Source: Phycisphaerae bacterium
GTDB lineage: Bacteria; Planctomycetota; Phycisphaerae; SM23-33
DNA: 64,000 nt
Direction of reading: 5' to 3'
Assembly: GCA_011050235.1 (NCBI GenBank)
Contig: DRGC01000051.1
Location: forward strand, 18,333-82,332
The notes beneath the pieces are model-generated. The model was given only the letters and a program-made list of their open reading frames with translations, searched no databases and was not told the origin of the DNA. A program made the translations under genes and the position numbers. Positions within the stretch are counted from its first letter, which is position 1, and each line of letters starts with the position of its first letter. Below are positions 54,400 to 62,260 of this stretch, one piece after another.

Positions 54400-55395
54400 C
54401 TAGGACGCCCCGCCGGCATCCAACAGCAGCCCGACGCGCACGCGCGAACCGAAGGCCACCACCAACGCGGTGAGCGTAACATACACAACAATCACCAGCC
54501 ACATGGCCTTGTCGCGCAGGAGCACGCGGACGGGATCCCCCCCGCACGAGCGGCTGATCAGGTTGAAGCGGAACAGCCCGTAAACGACGATCGGGAGCGT
54601 CCAGATCAGATGGGCCGACCCAAACCGCGCCACCGTCGCAGGGGCCAAGCAATACAGCGCATAGGTCAGCATCGCCATCGACGCCGAGACCGCCAGCATC
54701 ATGTCCAGGTTGCCGCGACTGTAGACGATGTGCGTTCGACGGACGGCGGCGCCGGCTTGGCCGCCCAGGTCGTCGGCCTCGGCCCGCCGTTTGGTCAGAG
54801 CGATAAACAGACACAGCGTGAAGGTGCAGACCACCAGCCACGGACTGATGGGCACGGCGATCGCCGCAGCCCCCGCCATCGCCCGCAGCACGAATCCCAG
54901 CGCCACCAGGATCACGTCGGCGATCGGCCGCGACCGCAGCCACAACGAGTAGATCAGACTCAGCGCCGCATAGCAGGCCGCCCACACCACTACCCCCCAG
55001 CCGCCAAGCGGCGCTCCAGCGGCGCCGACCCATAGGCCTGCCGGTGTCAGCAAGGCTGCCACTGCCGCCACCGCCAACCCCCCAGCCAGCAGAACAACTC
55101 CCGCCGCCCCAGCAGCCGGGGCCGACAGACGCCCGGAGGCGACCGGCCGATGACACTTATCAGGATGCGCACGATCGCGGCGACGGTCACACACATCGTT
55201 GATCAGATAGGTCCCGCTGGACAGCAGGCAGAATGCCGCCACCGCCAACGCGCCGAGCCACCAGCAGGTCCCCTCCGTGAACCGTTGCGAAAACAGCAGC
55301 GGAGCGGCCACGAAAAGGTTCTTGATCCAGTGGGCCGGGCGCGCGGCCTCGCACAGCGCCGCCAGCCCGCGCGGGCCTTCTGTCAGTTCAGGCAT
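54400..55395 (-). CDS. UbiA-family decaprenyl-phosphate phosphoribosyltransferase-like enzyme (DPPR synthase-like)
   Basis: HWIKNLFVAAPLLF N-terminal motif and Asp-rich LINDVCDRRRDRAHPDK (NDxxDxxxD...AHP), as in polyprenyl-phosphate 5-phosphoribosyl transferases. Confidence 0.65.
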   Translation of the reverse strand: MPELTEGPRGLAALCEAARPAHWIKNLFVAAPLLFSQRFTEGTCWWLGALAVAAFCLLSSGTYLINDVCDRRRDRAHPDKCHRPVASGRLSAPAAGAAGVVLLAGGLAVAAVAALLTPAGLWVGAAGAPLGGWGVVVWAACYAALSLIYSLWLRSRPIADVILVALGFVLRAMAGAAAIAVPISPWLVVCTFTLCLFIALTKRRAEADDLGGQAGAAVRRTHIVYSRGNLDMMLAVSASMAMLTYALYCLAPATVARFGSAHLIWTLPIVVYGLFRFNLISRSCGGDPVRVLLRDKAMWLVIVVYVTLTALVVAFGSRVRVGLLLDAGGAS

Positions 55396-55472
55396 GGTCG
55401 TGTCCGTTCCATTGAGCGCCCACTACTTTTGAGATGCCGCCGGGCGCGTGCTGCCAGTAAGATATACTCACC

Positions 55473-57029
55473 ATGGGTTCCGAACAACCTCATACTCACC
55501 TATCGAATCGACCCAACACGTCCGGCCGCGGCCTTTGGCTGGGCGTGTTTGTCATTTTTGTATTGCTCTACGCCCTGACGTGCCAGCGATCGTTCCCATG
55601 GCAGGACAGCGGCATCCGCGCCTGGCAGGTGGTGCAGTTCGATCTGTATGGCCTGGGCAAGGCCCAAGGTCTGGCCGTCGCACATCCCGGGTACGTGGTG
55701 CTGGCGCAGATCTGTCGCTTGCTTCCCCGCCAGTGGATCCCGGCGGGGATCAACTTTTTCAGCGGCTTGGGGATGGCGATCGCCCTGGCGAACCTGGCGG
55801 CGGTGACCGCTCTGCTGACGGGCCGGAGATGGGCGGGTCTGGCGGCCGCTGGGATGCTGGGCGTCGCGCACACCGTCTGGTGGCTGTCCACAATCGCCGA
55901 AGCCTACACCTGGAGTGTCGCCGGTCTGACGGCGGAACTGTGGCTACTGGTGGTTCTGCTGCGAAGGCCCACCTGGGGTAAGCTGGTTGCGTTGGCGCTG
56001 ATCAGCGGCTTGGGGCTATGCGTGCACAACTTTGCGTTGCTGCCGCTGCCGGTCTATGTCGTGGCAGCTGTGGTCCTGGTCGTTCGGCGACGTCTGCCGG
56101 CGTGGGCATTGGGGGCTGCGGCTGGAGCGTGGGTGCTGGGCGCAGGGCTGTACCTGGGCATGACCATCGAGTTGGCCGTCCGCGAGGGATTCATCGCGGC
56201 GATAGGTTCGGCCCTGGTGGGCGGTTATGGCCGGGAGGCATTAAACATCGGCGATGCGTCCTCTAGGGCGAAAGAAAACGCGGCGATAGCAGCGATGAAC
56301 TTTGCCAGCCTGCTCGTGCCGTTGGCCGTCGTAGGCTGGTGGCGTCTGCGGCGCTGGGCGGGCGGCCCGACGGCGCTGGCGATCGCGGCCATCACGATCA
56401 TCGAAGTGCTGTTCGTGGTCCGCTATCCCGTACCGGATCAGTTCATGTTTCTGCTGCCGTCGCTGGTGATGATGGCGCTGGCGGCCGGGGTGGGCGCTGC
56501 GACACTGGCCCAGCGGTCGTCCGCCTGGCGGCGTGTGGCGGCTGTGGCGTGTGTGGTGTCGATCTTGTTGCCGCCGGCAATCTACGCAATTGCCCCCTCT
56601 GTTGTCGGCCGAACCGACATCGGGCGGAGGTCGGCGGAGCGATCGTCCCACCGTGACGAACTGCGTTACTGGCTGACGCCCTGGAAGCACAATGAGAACA
56701 GCGCCCAGGCATTCGCCGAGGCCGCCCTCGCCCAAGCCCGGCCCGACGGCGTGATCCTGCCCGACAGCACCTCCAAATACGTGCTGATGCTGGTGCAGCA
56801 ATGGGGCGACGGGCTGGGGGATGGCGTATCGATCCAACACGACGGCCGACCCCTGCCGCCATACGGGCAACAGACTCGATCCGATTATCTAGCGATCCTG
56901 GCCGGCCGACCCCTATACGTCGTCAAGGCCGACCCGGATCACGTCTCGGCGGCGCTGCTGGACGACACGCGCATAATCGAGCCGGCAAAGGACCAGGTCC
57001 TCAACCGGCTCGAATGGCGGCAGCCTTAA
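55473..57029 (+). CDS. Polytopic membrane protein, GT-C-like (DUF2723/PMT-like) putative glycosyltransferase
   Basis: 518 aa with about 11 predicted TM helices and a C-terminal soluble domain. The architecture resembles GT-C-fold transferases that use polyprenyl-phosphate sugar donors. Family assignment is tentative. Confidence 0.45.
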   Translation: MGSEQPHTHLSNRPNTSGRGLWLGVFVIFVLLYALTCQRSFPWQDSGIRAWQVVQFDLYGLGKAQGLAVAHPGYVVLAQICRLLPRQWIPAGINFFSGLGMAIALANLAAVTALLTGRRWAGLAAAGMLGVAHTVWWLSTIAEAYTWSVAGLTAELWLLVVLLRRPTWGKLVALALISGLGLCVHNFALLPLPVYVVAAVVLVVRRRLPAWALGAAAGAWVLGAGLYLGMTIELAVREGFIAAIGSALVGGYGREALNIGDASSRAKENAAIAAMNFASLLVPLAVVGWWRLRRWAGGPTALAIAAITIIEVLFVVRYPVPDQFMFLLPSLVMMALAAGVGAATLAQRSSAWRRVAAVACVVSILLPPAIYAIAPSVVGRTDIGRRSAERSSHRDELRYWLTPWKHNENSAQAFAEAALAQARPDGVILPDSTSKYVLMLVQQWGDGLGDGVSIQHDGRPLPPYGQQTRSDYLAILAGRPLYVVKADPDHVSAALLDDTRIIEPAKDQVLNRLEWRQP

Positions 57030-57086
57030 GCCAAAGCCCGATCCTTCTCCCCGCCGAATCACCCGCAGGGAGGCGGAAGGGCGTCT

Positions 57087-60000
57087 CTATTTTACCTCAG
57101 CCATTTCCAGCACCACCGGCGCAATGATGGAGTCATCGGTGCCCAGTTGACGCCGACAGTTGCTCCGGTCGATCAGGGCCACGTAGTGCCACGCCCGATC
57201 GCCGCCTTCCATCTGGAGATAGATATTCGCCGCGAAGGTATCGCTGTTGACGGTGATCAGGTTCGCCACCGCCTTGTAGAGCGAGTCGCGGGCCTGCAGG
57301 AAGTAGGCCTCTCGACGGATATCGTCGTCGGGCTGGCCCATCAACTCGTTCTCGACATAGGCGGCCAGGGGAATCATCAACTCGCCCGGCGAGAGGAACC
57401 CGGCAAACGCGCTGCACTCAACATCCTCGTGGATGTGCTGTCGAAGGGTGTCCCCCAGCAGGCCGAGTTGGTTGTCCAGGTTCTCGTAACCGCCACGATG
57501 GCCGTCAATCCTGCGATAGGTGAGGATGTACTCGGCGATCTTTTTCGGATCGATCTCGATGTCGGGCGCCAACTTCCACTCGACATCTGTTCCGGCATCA
57601 TTGTGGGCGATCAGCTTCGTCGGCCACGGCAGCCGGGCCAGGATCTCTTTCGGCGCCGTGTTGATGTTGATCCGTCCGTAAACGCGCGTAAAGATGGGCG
57701 CGACGATCCTGTCCGAACCCTTGGCTACCATCACGGGGGTCCGGTGGTCGGACGTCATGACTTCCATGATCTCGGCGATCAGCGTCCCCCATGGCAGGTC
57801 GGGATACTTTTCCGGGTCGGGGTTGACCTTGCCGAGATTGGCCCGCCCGCGCGAGGTCTTGTCGAAATAGCTTCTGTCTCTATCGATGTACCAGTTGCCG
57901 TACTGGTCCTTCGCCCATACGACCAGCTTGTGCGGCAGGTCGCCGCCGTCGGTGTCGGGGCCGACCAGATACACGTCGCCGAACCCGCCGATGCTACTGG
58001 GGATATCCTTGAGCCGACGGATCCAGAATCCCTCGTACACCTCGGCCAGTTCGCCCAGAGCGGCCTCATCGAGCTTCTCGAGGTTGGGTCGCCCAAGGGT
58101 ATGTTGGCCGGCCGAAGGCTCTTCGCCGTAAAGATGCTCGACCACGTAGAGCGGGATCAGGCTGCGATACCGCCCATGCTTGGACAAACCGTTGTCCGCC
58201 TCGCTCACGTCCGGCTCGCGTGCGCCCTTGGGCGTATAGCTGTCGTCGCGGTACGCCACAAACCCCATCTGGGACCCCGACGATTCGGAGCGCACGTCGG
58301 GAAGCTCATAGGCTCGAATGCTGTCCATCACCGGCTTGGTGCTCTCGGAGAAGTAGCGTTCGATATGGAGCCCTTTTTCAAAGAACTGCGCCAGGACGCT
58401 CTTGCCCGAGCCGCCCGCGTCGACATCGAAGAAGAGAGCGCCATCGAGCCCACAGTCGTCGGGTTTCAGACGGTTGGCTTCCGCCACGCTCGAGCCGTTG
58501 TGGATGGCGTAGAGCACGACCCGTTCACCCTCACGAACGATGGGCGCGCCTGCGACCTTCACCGGGCTGCCCGTATTGTTGAAGGCCCAGCTCTTGTCGC
58601 CGCAGACCAGACGATAGTAACGCCCGTTGTCCCCGCTGGCGACGCTGACCGGCTCGTCCGTCGGGTTAAACAGTTCAATGGCAACAACCCACTGCTCGTC
58701 ATTGTTGCTGTCGCCGTCGCTGTTCTTGCTGGCCTCCTGGCGGTAGGCGTACACCTCCGAGATGACCAACTGCTCGACCACACCGTAGACGGCCCACTCC
58801 GTGTCCCCAGGCATGTACTTGAAGGACTCGTTGATCGGATCCTTGTCGGACGTATAGGCCCACATGTTTGCGACAAAGTGAGCGGCCTCGCGAGATTCCT
58901 CAGCCGGCTGATAGTCAAACTTAACGCCGTCGCCGATCGCGATGACGCCCACCTGGCCCGTCGATCGGATCTCCACGTAGCCGGTGGTCCCCACGTCGAA
59001 GCGGAATGTGCCCAACAGGTGCCAGTCTTCGGGGGCGGCGCTGCTGGGGCCCAGGTTCCGATCCTGATTGACCACAATCGTCGGCGACTCGTTGGCGGCC
59101 TTGACCTTCACCTCAACATTGCTGGCGCGCTGCAGAAGCGTCCCGGACGGCCACCACAGATAGACGGCGTAGTCGCCGCCCTCGGCGATCGTCGGCGTAA
59201 ACCTGATCGCAATCCTTGCCGTGGTCGGAGGCGAGTAAGAGTACTCCGTACCGTGTGCACTCATGCTCGAGCCCGGCATCCACAGGGAATAAGGCTGCCA
59301 GCTACCACCCGTAAACCAAGAGTGCTCGACGCCGGGGCCCCGGTCATCCATGACGATCGGCGGCAGCTTCGCGCCGCCGCCGGCGCTGAGACCGATAATG
59401 TCGCGCATCCTGATATACAGCCCTTCGAGGATCTCCCATTTCTTCAGATTGGTCTCGCCGTTGATGTCCTCGATGACTTCTCGCGTCAGGGCCGTAATGT
59501 CGTCGCTCGTGCGCATCGGGTGGCGGGGAATTGTGGACGAGATGCTCAGCGTCGTCAGCAGCACCTCGACCTCGCTTGAAAGCCTCCCCAGCACATCGCG
59601 CAGCTTGCTGCGTTCGCTCTCGGCGAACGGCCGACGCCACCGCAGGAACAACTCATCGGCAATGGGGAACGGCCTGTAGCCGCCGCCCTCATCCGCGCTG
59701 AGCAGCACCTGAGCGCATTGCCTACTGTACATTTCCAGCGATATCGCGGACCCGCCCGAGCGCATGATGTGCAACTTGTTGTAGACGCCCGACTGGCTGC
59801 CGCCCAGCAGCCCCTTCAGGTCAAAGTTCACCGGCTTGTGCAACATATCATCCATCTGGCCACCGACGTTGACACAAGCCAGCCCCGACGTGTCAATAAC
59901 GCGGACGGCAGCGAAATAACGTCGCCCGTGCGCATCAATCGCTTTCGAGTCGGCCAGGTAGGCATCATTATAGATATCTGGGGTCGGCGGGGGGGGGGGC

Positions 60001-60479
60001 TCGGTGCCGTCATCGAGGACGCCGCCTCCCTCGTTGGGATCGACGACGGCGTCGCCATCGCTGTCAACCAACCTTCCGCCCCCGAGCAACCGGCCAATAT
60101 AGGGCTCCGGCTCGGCGTCCCTCCGCCCGATCTCGGTCAGCCATTTGTCGATCGGATTGACGCCATATTCCGGCCCGGCAAAGTCCGCGTAGTCCTTCCA
60201 GCTCTCTGGTGTCTTGGCGTAACTGCCGTAAGGCCCGGTGTCGTAGATCGGGGTCCCGCCATCGGCCTTGACGTGCTTGTCAGCGAGAAGCTGGTTTTGA
60301 AGCACCAGCAGCACCCCGCCGGCTGTGATAGGCACGACCCCACGAATGACCACGTTTTCCGTCTGATGCGCGCTGAGGTACGAGACGATCATCAACGTCG
60401 AGCCCAACATGGCCACAATCGTCAACAGGCCGATCACGAGCATCAAAACCGACCCTTGTCTGTTCCGTGAGTAAATCAT
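57087..60479 (-). CDS. Giant (1130 aa) N-terminally anchored secreted protein with C-terminal helix-hairpin-helix (ComEA-like) motif
   Basis: Start set at MIYSRNRQG followed by a TM/signal anchor (VLMLVIGLLTIVAMLGSTLMIV). Near the C-terminus, ININTAPKEILARLPW resembles the ComEA HhH DNA-binding motif. Pro-rich linker (TEPPPPPTPD). Confidence 0.55.
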   Translation of the reverse strand: MIYSRNRQGSVLMLVIGLLTIVAMLGSTLMIVSYLSAHQTENVVIRGVVPITAGGVLLVLQNQLLADKHVKADGGTPIYDTGPYGSYAKTPESWKDYADFAGPEYGVNPIDKWLTEIGRRDAEPEPYIGRLLGGGRLVDSDGDAVVDPNEGGGVLDDGTEPPPPPTPDIYNDAYLADSKAIDAHGRRYFAAVRVIDTSGLACVNVGGQMDDMLHKPVNFDLKGLLGGSQSGVYNKLHIMRSGGSAISLEMYSRQCAQVLLSADEGGGYRPFPIADELFLRWRRPFAESERSKLRDVLGRLSSEVEVLLTTLSISSTIPRHPMRTSDDITALTREVIEDINGETNLKKWEILEGLYIRMRDIIGLSAGGGAKLPPIVMDDRGPGVEHSWFTGGSWQPYSLWMPGSSMSAHGTEYSYSPPTTARIAIRFTPTIAEGGDYAVYLWWPSGTLLQRASNVEVKVKAANESPTIVVNQDRNLGPSSAAPEDWHLLGTFRFDVGTTGYVEIRSTGQVGVIAIGDGVKFDYQPAEESREAAHFVANMWAYTSDKDPINESFKYMPGDTEWAVYGVVEQLVISEVYAYRQEASKNSDGDSNNDEQWVVAIELFNPTDEPVSVASGDNGRYYRLVCGDKSWAFNNTGSPVKVAGAPIVREGERVVLYAIHNGSSVAEANRLKPDDCGLDGALFFDVDAGGSGKSVLAQFFEKGLHIERYFSESTKPVMDSIRAYELPDVRSESSGSQMGFVAYRDDSYTPKGAREPDVSEADNGLSKHGRYRSLIPLYVVEHLYGEEPSAGQHTLGRPNLEKLDEAALGELAEVYEGFWIRRLKDIPSSIGGFGDVYLVGPDTDGGDLPHKLVVWAKDQYGNWYIDRDRSYFDKTSRGRANLGKVNPDPEKYPDLPWGTLIAEIMEVMTSDHRTPVMVAKGSDRIVAPIFTRVYGRININTAPKEILARLPWPTKLIAHNDAGTDVEWKLAPDIEIDPKKIAEYILTYRRIDGHRGGYENLDNQLGLLGDTLRQHIHEDVECSAFAGFLSPGELMIPLAAYVENELMGQPDDDIRREAYFLQARDSLYKAVANLITVNSDTFAANIYLQMEGGDRAWHYVALIDRSNCRRQLGTDDSIIAPVVLEMAEVK

Positions 60480-60794
60480 GGGTTTTTCCTTTGGTATTGC
60501 ACGCATTCTGTGACGGACACTTGGTTTCCGAGACATTATACCGGCCGTTTTCAACCCCTCAAGTACCTGTTCTTTGTGGACCATTCGCCGATCGTTTCTG
60601 CTGCCGACCACATAAGCCACCGCGGCTGGCCGCCAGAAGCCCTTTGTGCCATTGACCCGAGCCGTCAGCATCGCAAGCTCGCCGCCAACAGCGCCACAGG
60701 CCTAACCCGGCCTGCACTATATTCTACCCAGCCTGTTGGAGCCGAGCAAGTGACTTTAGGCTGTGGCGACAAAGACTGGCATTGCCATTGGTCC

Positions 60795-60834
60795 GTCCCT
60801 ACGGGACTCGTTATAATACTAGTAGGGACACGTT
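60795..60834 (+). promoter_or_regulatory. Candidate sigma70-type promoter with a palindrome overlapping a TATAAT box
   Basis: gtccctacgggactcgttataatactagtagggac contains 8-bp inverted arms gtccctac/gtagggac flanking TATAAT. It is an AT-rich patch in GC-rich DNA, about 17 bp upstream of the ATG at 60835. Confidence 0.35.
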
Positions 60835-62034
60835 ATGTATGGAAGATGGCCATATACGCGGTTGGGCGTCGTGATCGCCTGGTCGGTATGTATGGTGCTC
60901 GCCGGCGTTCAGCGTGCATCTGCTCAGGGCCGGGGGGCTGTCACCATCTCCACGCCCCGCGCCCCGCAAAGCGTCGGAACAGGCTCCACTTCCACTTTCC
61001 GTAGTTATTCCTACGGTGCCGGATCGATCGGCGGATCGTCCCTCGGCGGGGGCAACGTTCTGCGAAGTTCGATTCAGACCAGACGCCGGTCTGGTCTGCG
61101 CTCGGTCGTCACCAATTCGGCAGGGATCCCGTTGCGGAGCAACATAGGCCAATCGACCCGCGGCCTGGTCGGCGGGCGCGTGGGCGGCGGAGGCGCGCCG
61201 ATTACGGGCAGCGCCTCGGGGCTGCCGGGATCGCGGACGATTCAGCGCTATCGGGCGCCCGGGAATCTCCCGTCGCCAGTGCCCGGCCGGGCGATCCGGC
61301 CGTTGTCGGGCCAAGGCCAACCCACTGGCCGGCGGCCGCTCATGCCCGCCGGAGCCGCCCAGGCTTATCTCCAGGCGATCACCGCGCCCCCGCCCACCTC
61401 GCCGCTGGCGGGCAGCCGGAAAATCGAATCGCTCGCCCCCGACAAACCCGGCCTTTATCGCAGGACCATGCTGCAGGGCGAAAACGCCTTTCGCACCGGG
61501 GACTACCACCAGGCCCGCGCACGATTTGAACTGGCCCGCTCCCTCCAGCCGCGATCCCCCGAGAGCGTCCTGAGCCTGTTTCATGCGCGGTTCGCCATGT
61601 CACGGGTCTCTTACGCGACGGCTGCCTATCTGCTGGGACGGGCGCTTCGGCTGATGCCGGACCTTCCCCTGGCCCCACTGAAGCCGGCGACCTTCTACGG
61701 CGACGCCAACACCTATGCCCAGCGACAGGTTGATTTGAAGCGCTACTGCGACCAACGGCCCACCGACGCCGGCGCCTGGTTGATCCTCACCTATTTCGAA
61801 TGGTTCGATGGCAACGTGCAGCCCGCGTACCAGTCGCTTAAGCACACCCAGAAGGTCGCCAGAGATCCGAATCTCATTGAGGCGGCCGCGATCTTCGCCG
61901 ACGCGATGGCCGCCAGCGGCAAGCTCGAACCCCCAGACGAATCGAGAGCGCCCGCCGTCAACGATGCCGACGCCTCCACCGACGCTCCTGGGTCGGAGGC
62001 AGCCCCCGCGGGCGAGTCTCGAGTCGGCGATTAG
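60835..62034 (+). CDS. Secreted protein with Gly/Ser-rich low-complexity N-region and TPR-like C-terminal domain
   Basis: Signal peptide (VIAWSVCMVLAGVQRASAQG). A G/S/R-rich repeat region, then a helical region (ARARFELARSLQP...AAYLLGRALRLMP). Confidence 0.55.
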   Translation: MYGRWPYTRLGVVIAWSVCMVLAGVQRASAQGRGAVTISTPRAPQSVGTGSTSTFRSYSYGAGSIGGSSLGGGNVLRSSIQTRRRSGLRSVVTNSAGIPLRSNIGQSTRGLVGGRVGGGGAPITGSASGLPGSRTIQRYRAPGNLPSPVPGRAIRPLSGQGQPTGRRPLMPAGAAQAYLQAITAPPPTSPLAGSRKIESLAPDKPGLYRRTMLQGENAFRTGDYHQARARFELARSLQPRSPESVLSLFHARFAMSRVSYATAAYLLGRALRLMPDLPLAPLKPATFYGDANTYAQRQVDLKRYCDQRPTDAGAWLILTYFEWFDGNVQPAYQSLKHTQKVARDPNLIEAAAIFADAMAASGKLEPPDESRAPAVNDADASTDAPGSEAAPAGESRVGD

Positions 62035-62260
62035 CCCCTCCCTTCACCGGCCGTTCGCCCGGACGATCCTCCACACCGGACCTCGACCCGTCTGCGCCGC
62101 GCCGAGGATGGGCATTCGCTTCGGCCGGCCTCATTGTCGCGCCGCCAGAGGGTGTATTGGCGCAGAGGGCGCGCCACACTATAATCCCATATCTACGTTT
62201 GCGCAACTCAGGTCGTCTGCACCTGCCTATGCCTGCACGGTTGCCTGTCGATTGATATAG

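Noticed and set aside
57147-59579. 810-aa plus-strand ORF opposite the giant secreted protein gene
   Set aside because: Antisense artefact of high GC.
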